From positions 64,001 through 128,000 of the IMG/VR virus record IMGVR_UViG_3300030098_006179: 64,000 bases of DNA, one strand, 5' to 3'. Origin of the DNA: a virus. The translations under genes were made by a program, and so were the position numbers. Within the stretch, counting starts at the first letter, position 1, and every line of letters starts with the position of its first letter. This document shows positions 1-10,975 of this stretch, piece by piece. A model generated the notes under the pieces. That model was not told the DNA's origin. It searched no databases and saw nothing but the letters and a program-made list of their open reading frames with translations.

Positions 1-2220
1 TTGATTCAAAAAGCAGTACCAAAAATTGGGTCTGGATTGGCAAGTGGCGCTAGAAGAACTCCATTTTCCGCAGCGGTAGATCCAGAAACAGCGAGGGCCA
101 TTGCTAGAACGCTTGGTTTTGAAATACCTAGATCTGGTAAAGCCAAAACAACCATAGCGCAGCACGCTGGAGAAAAGAAGCTTGATGCGGAAGCTAAATT
201 CCGCCATGAAAGGAAACAAGGGGCAGGTATTAGATATTGGAAAAGATCCGGCGGGAAGAGAGCACCTTACCAAGCCAAATATGTAGGCCAAGGCAAACAA
301 CTAGGCGAACTATTTCCAAAAGACGTTATGATTTCCGGAACGCCAGAAGAAGCCCTAGAACAATTGAAGCGTGAAGCTGCAATGAATGAATATTATGGTG
401 GAAATGTACGAGGTAACATCAAACAAGACTTGAAAAGAGGAGCATTCTTTGGAGAAATGGGATTGGGAGAAGGCTACGATAACCTAAGTAGGTCAGGAAA
501 ATTAGGATATGCGTACGGAGGAATTATCTCCGGAAGATTTTTGCAACAAGGTTTTTTGGGTGCTCAAAATAGATTTCAGGGAGCAACTTCAGCACTTGGA
601 AGAGGCGCAGGACAATTTTGGACAGGACTAAAAACAGGACATTCAGGCCAACACAGCCAAGGTTTTATGGGAAAGACTTCAAGAGTCACGCCGGGTCCGA
701 TACCACAGCAAATCGGTGCTGCACTTCGCAGATTTGGTCCGATGGGTCTTGGAATAGGAGCATCTATAGCTTTAGCTGGCGCTGACGGTGGCGCATTGGG
801 TATGGCAGGATTTTATGATCCGCGTAGTGGTAAACCAAATGAAGGGAAACCAGTTACTGGTAGAAAACTAAGAAGATATCTACAAAGCTTAAGTCCACAA
901 AAGAAAAGAATTGCAGAACATCAATTAAGAGCCCAAATAGTTAAAAGACTTAGAACAAGGGGCGTTAACATAAAAGGGGCAAAAATAAGTGAAATGTCTT
1001 TAAAAGACCTAATACAATTAGAAGAAAAATTTGAAAGAAGAGGAAGCCTAGGAAGAAAAGGTAAAGCTGTTCTTAGAGGAGCACAAAGAAAAGGCGGAAG
1101 ATTTTTAAGAGGAGTCGGAGAAAGAATCATAGGCGCAGGACAAGGAATTGCTCAAAGATTTTCCGACTTCAGAATGTCGGACAGCATCAGATTGGGAGAA
1201 AGTTTACCAACTCAATATTTAAGAGATAGCGCTCACATGTCATCACATCCCGGTAGCGAAAGAACCAAACAAATTTTATCAGAGAGACAAGAAAGACAAA
1301 GAAAAAGAAGAATAAGACGTGCGGCAGGCGGCGCTAAAGCAAGAAAATTTTTCCAACGCTGGATAGCTCAAGGAATGGTGGGTGAGTCTTTGCCTACAAT
1401 TAAATCACAAAAGGGAAGAACCGGCTTTGCAAGAAAAACTCCCAGATATAGCCCTGTTGTAAAAAGTGCCCGAGATATGAAACATAGAATTGCTAGAATG
1501 TCATTTGGAGCAGAAGCATTTTTAAGGCATCCGTTAGAAAGTTTAGGAGGAATGGGAGAAGGAATTTCTAATGTAGGAAAATATGCAAGAGGTAAATATA
1601 ATTTTTTCACGAAAAGTAAGTCGGGTGGTTTAGCATTAGGACGAAAAGCCTTTAGATTTCAACAAGCCAGAACTGCAGGCACTCCATTTACAATGAATTT
1701 TAATGTGGGTCGTAAGGGAGCCGCACAGTTTATGGCTCAGTATGGACGGGAAGGATCCATGGATCCGGGCTCGAGAAACGTTGAAAACATTGAAGCTTAT
1801 AACGAATATTTAAAAAATGCGTCACTAACAGAAAGAATTGGTTCACGCTTAGGTAAAATGACCGGCACAACGCAAAGATTTTTTAAAGGCGGAGTCAAGT
1901 TTCCAAAACCAACAGTTCCTGTGGATATGGAACAAATAAGAGAAAGAATTAAAAAAGGAAAAACAAAAGTCTCAGATGTTACAAAAACTCTAACCGAATC
2001 AATAAAAAATCAATTAATAAAATGGAAACCCCAATTTGAATTAAAAGACGTTTTAGGAGATGCACAAAGATCTTTCAGTAAATTTTTTGAAAATTTTTGG
2101 AAAAATTTGACTAAAAAGACATTACCAAAAATAGAACAAGCTCAGATTTTGTTAGAAGGAAAACAACTAGCTTATGAAAGAATGTGGAATGATTTTCTCA
2201 AAAGACTCGAAGGAGCTTAG
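1..2220 (+). CDS. N-terminal part (5'-truncated by window) of giant tape-measure-like virion protein; very Arg/Lys/Gly-rich
   Basis: Frame is open from base 1. Low-complexity basic/Gly-rich sequence with a hydrophobic stretch (GLGIGASIALAGADGGALG). Ends at TAG in the same frame as the next ORF. Confidence 0.5.
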   Translation: MIQKAVPKIGSGLASGARRTPFSAAVDPETARAIARTLGFEIPRSGKAKTTIAQHAGEKKLDAEAKFRHERKQGAGIRYWKRSGGKRAPYQAKYVGQGKQLGELFPKDVMISGTPEEALEQLKREAAMNEYYGGNVRGNIKQDLKRGAFFGEMGLGEGYDNLSRSGKLGYAYGGIISGRFLQQGFLGAQNRFQGATSALGRGAGQFWTGLKTGHSGQHSQGFMGKTSRVTPGPIPQQIGAALRRFGPMGLGIGASIALAGADGGALGMAGFYDPRSGKPNEGKPVTGRKLRRYLQSLSPQKKRIAEHQLRAQIVKRLRTRGVNIKGAKISEMSLKDLIQLEEKFERRGSLGRKGKAVLRGAQRKGGRFLRGVGERIIGAGQGIAQRFSDFRMSDSIRLGESLPTQYLRDSAHMSSHPGSERTKQILSERQERQRKRRIRRAAGGAKARKFFQRWIAQGMVGESLPTIKSQKGRTGFARKTPRYSPVVKSARDMKHRIARMSFGAEAFLRHPLESLGGMGEGISNVGKYARGKYNFFTKSKSGGLALGRKAFRFQQARTAGTPFTMNFNVGRKGAAQFMAQYGREGSMDPGSRNVENIEAYNEYLKNASLTERIGSRLGKMTGTTQRFFKGGVKFPKPTVPVDMEQIRERIKKGKTKVSDVTKTLTESIKNQLIKWKPQFELKDVLGDAQRSFSKFFENFWKNLTKKTLPKIEQAQILLEGKQLAYERMWNDFLKRLEGA

Positions 2221-2256
2221 CAAAAACGACAATGGGAAAAACAACAAGATAGACCC

Positions 2257-5200
2257 ATGACTCGTAAAGAGTGGGAACGAAGACAAAATATGAGAAGACA
2301 GGGCCCCGTTGTCGATGCTGAAATTATAGAACCGGGTTCTACCCAGAGAACTCCATTATGGGAAAAGCTATCATTAAAATTCTTGAAAAAAATAGCAGAC
2401 GCTTATAGGGGTGGACGAACAAGCCACCTTGATTTTATGAGGGGAATAAGGACTGGCAGAGGAACCAATGCGGTTCGACCAATGGGAGCTCCATCGGACG
2501 TTAGAATAGAGGTACCGGGTTCAAGAAGTCAAAGATTAGGTGCCGCAATTGGTTCAAGATTCGGACAACAAAGAGCTTTGTGGCAAAATCCAAGCCGCAT
2601 TTACGGAACACCAACAGTACAATCCGAATTTGGATTTATGGAAGGTATTCCAAAAGCACCAACGTCAACAGCCTTAACAACAACAAAACCAACAACTTCT
2701 ATTGGTCCAAAACAGGGAGAACTTTGGTTCGGAACCACGAAACATGGGGCGCCCATCAATGTGGATCAGCCGGTTAACCAAATTGATCCCGAAGTACAAA
2801 AGATTCAAGAAGAGATAGCTCGTAGGAAAGCGGGCGGCTCTTCTCGGGAGCCACTGCGTTTAGCCGAGGTGTCTGAACAAGCGAAAATAGAGTCCAAAGC
2901 AGCTGCAGAAAAGTTGAAATTACAAAAACTTTTAGAAAACGTAAAAAGGCCCGGCACTTTGTCAGAAACAGAATTTAAAGCAAGGCAAAAAAGGATGGCT
3001 GAGAGGTTTGGTGCTACTGAACCGGTTACTCCCGAACAAGCAATTAAAGAATTAAGAGGTATTAGTAGGGTCAACACAATAGCGGACTTAGAAGCGCGCC
3101 AAAAGGAATACGAAAGACGCGTAAATGCAGAAGAGGCAGCGCGGCATAAACAACAGAAAATTACTCGTTCACCCAACCGAGTCAACCTTAAAGCAGAAGC
3201 AGCAGCAGCAGAAGCAGCAGCAGCAGAAGCAGCAGCAGCGACAGAAGCTTCCGAAGTCGAAGAAAAAAGCAGAACGCGCAAAGCTATAGAAAAAGTGTCT
3301 GGGTACGGCTCGGCAGCAGCAAAACGCATCTCAGGCCTTAAGTCAAGTGAGTTCCTCTTCAAAAGCTCGCCAACAACCGACTTGGTAAGAAGAGTGATCG
3401 GGGTAGAAAAAGTAGGACTCGAATCAAAATCTCAAATGGGAACTCTTGGCATTCCTAAAGTTTTTCAAGATATGCTAGATCCCAAAACTGTGCGTGCGTT
3501 AGAGGGAAGAGCACGCCCAGCAGGCCTTGGCTGGGAGAGGGGCCCGGCTACTTTTAGTGAAAAAACCGCTTTACAGGGTGGACGAGCTCTAACAGGCCTT
3601 TCTCATTTGGCAATATTGATGGGCGCGCATTACGGAGGCGAACAGTTAGGTGCGTTATTGTCTGGCGGCTTTGGTGGCTCTGATTATAAGGTAAACGATT
3701 TATCATTAGGAGAACATTTACAAGCGATGGTTGGATTACGAGAGGGAGCAGTTACGGGTGGAAGCGATACTGCTAGAGCAATAGGTGGATACGGTTTAGT
3801 TGCAAGGCTTATGGGCGCACCAGTAGCCCTAGGCTTGGGAGCGGCTTCAAAAACTCATCAATTTGTCGCAGGAAGTGGAATCGGTGGAGAAAGTGCAGAT
3901 GCGTTGGGCTTATATTCAAGTCTTTACTCCTTTGGAGCCACTCAACAATTGGCGTCAAATGCGTTTAATATGGCGGCTGCAAGTCGAGGAGTTCAAAGCG
4001 CGTCGAATGTATCCCAAACCGGAAGAATGGCTACTTTACTTAAAGGAGTACCAGCCGCCTCAAAAGCCGCCGGACAGTTTGGCGCGCTTTTAGTCCCACT
4101 GACAGCAGGCCTTGAAACCTATGCGGCTGGAATGATGAACGACATGGAAAATGAAATGAACAAAGTGTTACAATCATCAACCAAAGAAACTTGGGATACA
4201 TATTATGACAAAGTGTTAGAGGTTAGCAAAGCTAAAAAAGCTAATATTTTGTCCGAAGAAAGATTGACTCTTTTAGATTCTGAACTCAAACTGCATAAGC
4301 AAATTCATGACATGGCTTCAAGAAGAGAAAAAACTGGAGAACTGTATGGAGAGAAATGGATGTTTGAAGGGCAGCAAGGCAGACTAACAGATCGAACATT
4401 TAGAAAAACTACCGCTTTTCAAAGCAGCATGATGAATGCTTCTTTGAATTTACCGGGTAATATTGCAAACTGGGGATCAAAATGGGTTGGAAGTGCCTTT
4501 TTGAAGATGTTTAGTGGCATGGATGAAGAAGCTAGAAAACGAGCAAGAGCAGATTTTGACTACGAAGGTGGATTTAAAGCGTTTAGAGCGATCAGTTCTT
4601 TTGACCAAGGAACAGGAACTTTAAGTGTCGGAGAGTTTTATCAAAAATTCTGGGAACAAACCTTAAAAGACTTTAGAAAATTCCGTCCAGAAGTGGGCAA
4701 AAATATAATACAAGAAGACGATGAAGGACGAGTTAGTTTAAAAATGAATTTAAATAAAAAACAACTTGACACTTTCAGAGATTTTATTAATACAGAAGTC
4801 AAAGGCAGTAAACAATTAACTGATAGTATTTATGCATATAGAACAGGAAGACTTGCCCGCCAAGGTGAAACTGAGGGGTTAGATAGAAGTCTAATAATGG
4901 ACGAAGCAGTAAAACAGGGTTCATCTCAATTGTTGAAAGACCACCTTCGATTAAGAGAACTTAATTTGAATGCTCAAAGAGACACAAGAAGAGATGCTTT
5001 TTCTAGCGCTTTAGGAGAAGCCGTAACAAAAGATATACTACGCAGAACCACAGCAGAATCCACAAAGACTTATAGACCCGCAACGGAAGAAGAAATTAAT
5101 AAACTAGTTAAACAATTAAAAGAAAATGCAAAAGTTGAAAACTTATCTTATAAATCTAGAGAAGATTTAAATAGAATTCTTCAAAAAGCAAGAAGTGGCG

Positions 5201-7053
5201 GATTGTATGTTGAAGAACAAATTGGAATGAGCCGCGAAGAATACTTGAAAAATTTTCAACCAAAACCAAACGCGGGGGGAAGAGTACTTCCGACAATGAA
5301 TGCGGCAATAATACCATCTTTAAACGACCCATCGTCAAAACATTTCCAAAATCTTAAAGCTATAAATGAAGCTAGAATAATAGCAGATCAATTAGCGCGC
5401 GAGGCAGCCTTAACTCCCTTGACTCCTGAAGATGTTGTCGCAGGGCCCAATGCTCTAACGGGCTATCGTTTGCCAAAATTATTAACCGAAAAAATTAAAG
5501 AAAACCAATTTGGAGGAACAATTCAAAATTTCGAAAAATTTCTTGGACCATACCAATCGTTTCTTGATATGTCACGCAAAATAGGAGGCAGGCAAACTTT
5601 TCAGGAAATGTATGCAGAGTCATTTAGTCGCTATAGAAGCAATCTTGGGGGAAAAAACATGCCAAAAACACAAGGACAAATTTTAAGTAATTTTGGAAAA
5701 ATCGCACAAGGCAGTATAGACGCCACAAAACTACAAGAGGAACAAGCTTTTCAAACACGATTAAACGCAAATACTAGAATCGCAGGTTATATGCCGTTAT
5801 CAATAAACCAATCATGGGATCCCCGAATGAGGGCTCTTAAAAATCAGCAAAATGAATTAACAGATTTTGGAAACCGATTGGAGGGTGGCGCTAGGAGTTC
5901 TGCATATTTAGCAAACCACGAGCTTAAACTTGCGATCAAACACGCGATCACCGGAGGGTTTAAAGAAGGCTTTAAAAGTCTTGAACGTAGTGCAGATCAT
6001 GCCACCAAGCGAGAGTTTTTTGCAGGCTTGGCTCAAGATAAATTTAAACAAGCACAACAATTAGGTCAAGGACTTGGAGCAGATAGCTTGTTAGGATTTA
6101 CAAAATATTTTGGCAAAAGTAACCAAATGACTTATAATCCCGCTACTGGAAAATACCAGAGAGGAATAGTAAGACATGAAGAATTTATGAAACTTGCCCC
6201 CGGTGAAACAAGAGAATCTCCGATCGATCCGGGAGTATTTTTTAGACACAAAGATGGACAGATACAAACAGGAAGAGTAGAGGTTCCTGAAGGTACTGAA
6301 CGTGGTATGACGGATCCGACACGAGTTACAAATTGGACAGACTGGAAAAAGCCTAACGAGGTTGGTAGTCATGATGAGGGTTCTTTGTATGGCCCGGGAG
6401 GAAACAGAAGATTTTTAACTCTTCCTGATTATCAAAAATATTTATCAAGAATGGGCTTGGGACCGAAAAGCTCCAGACAAGACATTTTTGCTCAAACCGG
6501 AATCGATCCTTCAGAAATTGGTATGCCATTTGAAAAGGTAGGTCTTGGTGGTAGTAGCAAATTAAGTATGGAAATGCCAAAAGGTAAGAGTAAATTCTTC
6601 TCTGACGAGGTTCCTCGCGGACATGCATTATACACTGAGAACGGAATTATTTTTAATAAGGAAGATGTAGAAGCACACATTCAGTCAAGCACTCATGGAA
6701 TGAGTCCCGAAGCGAAACAAAAATTTTCTGAAGAATTTAAAGAATTTAAACGCAAAGAAGAAAAAACAGATTCAGTAGAATTAAATACAACTAATTTAGA
6801 TAAACTCGTTGGACAAGGCTCTGCATTGAATCAAAGTTTAAGTGATTTAAATGTTGGAGTCTATACCTTAAATGAGAGCATACTCAAGTTAAACACAGAA
6901 ACTCAAACATTAAACACTAATATGAAAGAATTTAGTGGATTAAAAGATGTAATTGCTAAAATAAGAGGTATTGCTGCAAATGTGAGACGAATAGAAGAGG
7001 CAGCTAACCAAGGAGTCGCTCCTAGAACTCTTCCAATACAAAAAGAAGAGTAA
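2257..7053 (+). CDS. Tape-measure-like / large tail-associated protein (C-terminal part)
   Basis: 1598 aa with helical/coiled-coil character, Ala/Gly-rich hydrophobic segments and a heptad-like C-terminus (LNQSLSDLNVGVYTLNESILKLN). Lies immediately upstream of tail/baseplate-like genes. Function inferred from size, composition and synteny. Confidence 0.55.
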   Translation: MTRKEWERRQNMRRQGPVVDAEIIEPGSTQRTPLWEKLSLKFLKKIADAYRGGRTSHLDFMRGIRTGRGTNAVRPMGAPSDVRIEVPGSRSQRLGAAIGSRFGQQRALWQNPSRIYGTPTVQSEFGFMEGIPKAPTSTALTTTKPTTSIGPKQGELWFGTTKHGAPINVDQPVNQIDPEVQKIQEEIARRKAGGSSREPLRLAEVSEQAKIESKAAAEKLKLQKLLENVKRPGTLSETEFKARQKRMAERFGATEPVTPEQAIKELRGISRVNTIADLEARQKEYERRVNAEEAARHKQQKITRSPNRVNLKAEAAAAEAAAAEAAAATEASEVEEKSRTRKAIEKVSGYGSAAAKRISGLKSSEFLFKSSPTTDLVRRVIGVEKVGLESKSQMGTLGIPKVFQDMLDPKTVRALEGRARPAGLGWERGPATFSEKTALQGGRALTGLSHLAILMGAHYGGEQLGALLSGGFGGSDYKVNDLSLGEHLQAMVGLREGAVTGGSDTARAIGGYGLVARLMGAPVALGLGAASKTHQFVAGSGIGGESADALGLYSSLYSFGATQQLASNAFNMAAASRGVQSASNVSQTGRMATLLKGVPAASKAAGQFGALLVPLTAGLETYAAGMMNDMENEMNKVLQSSTKETWDTYYDKVLEVSKAKKANILSEERLTLLDSELKLHKQIHDMASRREKTGELYGEKWMFEGQQGRLTDRTFRKTTAFQSSMMNASLNLPGNIANWGSKWVGSAFLKMFSGMDEEARKRARADFDYEGGFKAFRAISSFDQGTGTLSVGEFYQKFWEQTLKDFRKFRPEVGKNIIQEDDEGRVSLKMNLNKKQLDTFRDFINTEVKGSKQLTDSIYAYRTGRLARQGETEGLDRSLIMDEAVKQGSSQLLKDHLRLRELNLNAQRDTRRDAFSSALGEAVTKDILRRTTAESTKTYRPATEEEINKLVKQLKENAKVENLSYKSREDLNRILQKARSGGLYVEEQIGMSREEYLKNFQPKPNAGGRVLPTMNAAIIPSLNDPSSKHFQNLKAINEARIIADQLAREAALTPLTPEDVVAGPNALTGYRLPKLLTEKIKENQFGGTIQNFEKFLGPYQSFLDMSRKIGGRQTFQEMYAESFSRYRSNLGGKNMPKTQGQILSNFGKIAQGSIDATKLQEEQAFQTRLNANTRIAGYMPLSINQSWDPRMRALKNQQNELTDFGNRLEGGARSSAYLANHELKLAIKHAITGGFKEGFKSLERSADHATKREFFAGLAQDKFKQAQQLGQGLGADSLLGFTKYFGKSNQMTYNPATGKYQRGIVRHEEFMKLAPGETRESPIDPGVFFRHKDGQIQTGRVEVPEGTERGMTDPTRVTNWTDWKKPNEVGSHDEGSLYGPGGNRRFLTLPDYQKYLSRMGLGPKSSRQDIFAQTGIDPSEIGMPFEKVGLGGSSKLSMEMPKGKSKFFSDEVPRGHALYTENGIIFNKEDVEAHIQSSTHGMSPEAKQKFSEEFKEFKRKEEKTDSVELNTTNLDKLVGQGSALNQSLSDLNVGVYTLNESILKLNTETQTLNTNMKEFSGLKDVIAKIRGIAANVRRIEEAANQGVAPRTLPIQKEE
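3193..3240 (+). repeat. 15-bp tandem repeat (GCAGAAGCAGCAGCA)x3 encoding AEAAAAEAAAAEAAAA
   Basis: Directly visible in the sequence. Confidence 0.9.
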
Positions 7054-7083
7054 TAAGATTTAATAAGAATAAAAAGGTAAAAG

Positions 7084-8856
7084 GTGAATTTTAACGACGC
7101 AGAATTGTTAACATATACAAGTCAGAATAATTTTTTATCTGATGGAGATTTTAGATATGGATCTACAAAGGTTATATCAATAGATAGTTATATTGATACT
7201 AGATATTCCAATACCGACCAATCAGGGGTAAAAGAATTTCAGCAAGAAATTATGACTCTGATTTCTGGTGCTAATGATTTCGAAAAAATAATCATCAACG
7301 GTCACGATTTTGGCTACGGAAGAATTAAATCAATAAATTATAATGGTTCAAATTCATTTGACTCTAATCAAATTAGACTAGGTAAAAATACTTTTGAAAT
7401 AGAAATATCCGATTCTGGAGATCAAGATTTGCACAATATGGACGGAGATCATTTCGCTGGTCTTAAAAATAAATTTTCCAAACATCACTTATTAGAAGAC
7501 TTTGGCGAAAGCTTTTCTTTTTCAAATTCAGAAGATGGAACCTATTCATACACACATAATGTTAATGCAAAATATTTTTCCGGAGCAGAAGTAACAGACC
7601 CTATTGAAGAAGCTAAAAGTTTGGCTGAAGGAATATTTGAGTTAGATCCAAGCTTCGGCTTTTTAAACTCTCAAAGGTCTGGATTTTATAATGCCGATGG
7701 TAAAAAACGTTTTTCAGAATCATATAATCTAAGAAACAACAGTTGTTCTTTTACTAAAAATTTTACTTGTCACCCCAAATACAATAAAGGAGACACCTTT
7801 TGTTCTGATATAAGTCACGTATTGACTTCGGACGAAAATGGAATAATTTCAGTAACTGAAAGCGCAACAGTAATGGGTCTTGATGATGACGGAGGAGAAG
7901 AATTATATACTTCCGTATTGAATGGATTAGAAAACGAAATAATAAACTCTTACAGTAGGTGTACAGGAGTTTTAAGCGGATATTCTGGATTCTATGGAGG
8001 AGATAATACTGATGGGGCCATTTTAAATGATTTAAATAAAAATTATATTAGCCTACAAAAAAACTTAAATAAAACAACATCTAATTTGTCATACGAGGTT
8101 GTTTATAATAATAACAATAACATATCTGGTAATTTGGGCCAACACTCCTTATCGTTATCTTTAGACACATCTACAGAGGGAATAACTAGTGTTGTTGAAC
8201 AGGGCTCAATTACTTCTTTGTCTCAAAAGGGTAATGTAACTCCCATGACTTTATATAATTCATTTTATATTGATGAGAATTCTCCACATAAATGTGGAAA
8301 ATTTTATAGCGGCACAATAGACAATAATAGAAATGAATATAATTTTTTCCAACAAAAAAGATTTAATTTAATTGATTCTGATATTAGTTATTCCCGAAAA
8401 GGAAATAAGGTTTCTTATTCTAAATTATACACAGATGATCCTTCAGTAATAAACACGAGCAACATCTCATCGTTAAAAATAGATTGTTCTGACGTATTTG
8501 AAATTGAAATTAACAACCAATACTTTATTCCAAATCAACCAGACCAAAAAGTTATACTACAGAAAAAGGGATTAACTACTTTATCTAGCCGAAACGTTAA
8601 CGCGTCTTGCATATATCAAAAACCATCAACTAATTTTTGGACAGATTCAACCTATGCACCAATAGCGCCAGAGAGTAATACTGATTTTTATAACGCTTTA
8701 AAATTTATAAAAAATAAAATGCTTGAAAAAGCCTTTGATGATGAATGGGTATCAATAGATGAGATTAATTCTATGTATGTAAGTGACTTTTCATACAATG
8801 TGTCATCTGATCAAAACCTAAGCGCAACAATGAACATAGTATACGAAAGCAAATAA
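7084..8856 (+). CDS. Putative tail/baseplate structural protein
   Basis: GTG start preceded by AAGG. S/N/D/Y-rich, beta-like composition. Shares the motif EDGxxxxTH-x(n)-IExAK with the next ORF. Confidence 0.5.
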   Translation: MNFNDAELLTYTSQNNFLSDGDFRYGSTKVISIDSYIDTRYSNTDQSGVKEFQQEIMTLISGANDFEKIIINGHDFGYGRIKSINYNGSNSFDSNQIRLGKNTFEIEISDSGDQDLHNMDGDHFAGLKNKFSKHHLLEDFGESFSFSNSEDGTYSYTHNVNAKYFSGAEVTDPIEEAKSLAEGIFELDPSFGFLNSQRSGFYNADGKKRFSESYNLRNNSCSFTKNFTCHPKYNKGDTFCSDISHVLTSDENGIISVTESATVMGLDDDGGEELYTSVLNGLENEIINSYSRCTGVLSGYSGFYGGDNTDGAILNDLNKNYISLQKNLNKTTSNLSYEVVYNNNNNISGNLGQHSLSLSLDTSTEGITSVVEQGSITSLSQKGNVTPMTLYNSFYIDENSPHKCGKFYSGTIDNNRNEYNFFQQKRFNLIDSDISYSRKGNKVSYSKLYTDDPSVINTSNISSLKIDCSDVFEIEINNQYFIPNQPDQKVILQKKGLTTLSSRNVNASCIYQKPSTNFWTDSTYAPIAPESNTDFYNALKFIKNKMLEKAFDDEWVSIDEINSMYVSDFSYNVSSDQNLSATMNIVYESK

Positions 8857-8857
8857 T

Positions 8858-10975
8858 ATGAGTACAACCGTTACATATGACACGTTTAGCTTTCATAAAG
8901 AAGGTTTTAGTACTCCTTATGTTTCTAGAAGCGATCAAATTCTTTCTTATGGAAACAGATGGGGTCAAGGAACATCGTATAATTTAAATGGGCAAATTAC
9001 AGGGTATAGTTTTTCTGACATAATAGAAAAACAAGGAATGTTGATTACTGGATTTCAAAGAGATTTTAAAAGCTTAGATATTACAGAAGACGGTCAATCC
9101 GTTGCGGGTTTTCCGATTTCTAATTGTAAAATAAATAATATATCTTTTAATACAAGTAAATATATACCAGTTATAGATTACGACATTTCTATTGACGCCT
9201 ATGATGAAGGTTTATTTTCCGGATCGTTTGGAGTTACAGAGCCTTCTGATCAGGTTAATATATCTGAGGGTGAAGATGGCGCAATAACACTAACACACGA
9301 TATTTCAGCACGCGGTTTTACAACAGATGGTAAAACGGCAATTGAAAACGCAAAAGATTTTGTTCACTCAAATACAGGATGGAATGAGCAAGTTTTTCCA
9401 AAATTTATAACTTATCAACAGTTTGACAAAACTGTATATGACTCAGATTTTTCTTCTAGTGTTGATAGTTGGGCCCCAACAAATGGTTCGACATCTTTTT
9501 CAACAATATCATCAAAACGATCTTTAAAATTTATAGCGACTGAAGAAATTGGTTCTCATAATGTGTACCAAACTTTTTCTGAAATAGAAGTAGGAAAAGA
9601 ATATAAAATAGAGGCTGAAATTTTTATTGGCAATACAGTGCCTTTGGAATATCAAAATGTAACAATTGTAGAGTTGTCTAACAATTCATCTGACGGAAGC
9701 GATGTCATTGTTGAAGGTGGAACACAAGGACAGTGGGTAAAAGTTGAAAAAGTTTTTATTGCAACAACTCAAAACATATATATTAAAGCAAAAGAATCTT
9801 CGGGTGATTATACTTTTCAAGGAGACTCTACATATGATTGGTTCGCAGTTTCTAACATTCGACTAAGAAGACATTATGGATTTAAGCCACTTTTAACATC
9901 ACAAAACGAAAACATAGATAGATTGAATGGAGTTTATTCCGTTAATGAAACTTATGTTATGTCCAACACGGGAGAACAAAAATTATTTAGCGGATATAAT
10001 ATAGATATAAGTTCTGGCATAGGAGAAGATTTTTTAAATGTAGATTTTTCGGCATCCTACAGAGGAGCATTTGGAGAAGATATTTCTGAAACTAGAAATA
10101 AAATTCCAGAATTAAATTGTCAATATTATTACAACTTGGTAAAAAATATATCAAATATATCAGACTTAAATAGTGGAGCATCAAACTTTTCTGTTTCTGA
10201 AAACTCTGGTTCGAGAATGATTGATTTATCAGTTTCGTTTAATAATAATAATTTATATACTGGATCTAATGCTTATTTTGATTATGAAATATCGGCTAAG
10301 ACAAATGAATTAACATCTAATACAACCTTGTCTATAAACGGAACTATAAAAGCAATAGGACACAAAAAAGACAGGTTTCAAATAGCGCAAAATTTTTTAC
10401 AAAATACTATTTATGCTGAATCAGTCGATTGCAAAAATGAAAATAAATTTGCGTGCTATTTATACAATTTAGCCAATTCTGAATATGTTAGCATGTCAAA
10501 AGGGTATACCTTAAATAAATATCCATTATCTACAAATATTTCAGAAAACGAATCACAAGGAACAATTACATTGTCTGCGCAATTTAATGACAATTATAAT
10601 TATTCAAACGATATAAAAATTTCTAACTGGTCTATAAGCGTTAAACCTCCTCTTAGAAAATATTTTTCAACAATGGATGTTTTGACGTACCCTAAACATA
10701 TTTTTTGGAATTCTCAGGTTTTAGATAGATCAAGTATTAAAGTTAATGCCAGCGCTATTAGTTATAGCTCTATACATAAATCTTACGGATTAACAAGTGT
10801 TGATAATTTTATTGAAAATGTTTATAATGTATATGTGAGCCCTAATTCTAGCATAGCAGAAGAATCGAACGAATTATCTTTTAGCGAAACCTCTTTATCT
10901 TATAATAGAAACAAAAGTTGGAGTTTCCACAACGACACAGAATGGGTAATTCTTCCAGCGCCACCTAAGCCATGA
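8858..10975 (+). CDS. Putative tail/baseplate structural protein with inserted carbohydrate-binding-like domain
   Basis: 705 aa. Internal segment YDSDFSSSVDSW...VGKEYKI...GQWVKV...NIRL resembles CBM4/9-like jelly-roll modules. Confidence 0.5.
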   Translation: MSTTVTYDTFSFHKEGFSTPYVSRSDQILSYGNRWGQGTSYNLNGQITGYSFSDIIEKQGMLITGFQRDFKSLDITEDGQSVAGFPISNCKINNISFNTSKYIPVIDYDISIDAYDEGLFSGSFGVTEPSDQVNISEGEDGAITLTHDISARGFTTDGKTAIENAKDFVHSNTGWNEQVFPKFITYQQFDKTVYDSDFSSSVDSWAPTNGSTSFSTISSKRSLKFIATEEIGSHNVYQTFSEIEVGKEYKIEAEIFIGNTVPLEYQNVTIVELSNNSSDGSDVIVEGGTQGQWVKVEKVFIATTQNIYIKAKESSGDYTFQGDSTYDWFAVSNIRLRRHYGFKPLLTSQNENIDRLNGVYSVNETYVMSNTGEQKLFSGYNIDISSGIGEDFLNVDFSASYRGAFGEDISETRNKIPELNCQYYYNLVKNISNISDLNSGASNFSVSENSGSRMIDLSVSFNNNNLYTGSNAYFDYEISAKTNELTSNTTLSINGTIKAIGHKKDRFQIAQNFLQNTIYAESVDCKNENKFACYLYNLANSEYVSMSKGYTLNKYPLSTNISENESQGTITLSAQFNDNYNYSNDIKISNWSISVKPPLRKYFSTMDVLTYPKHIFWNSQVLDRSSIKVNASAISYSSIHKSYGLTSVDNFIENVYNVYVSPNSSIAEESNELSFSETSLSYNRNKSWSFHNDTEWVILPAPPKP

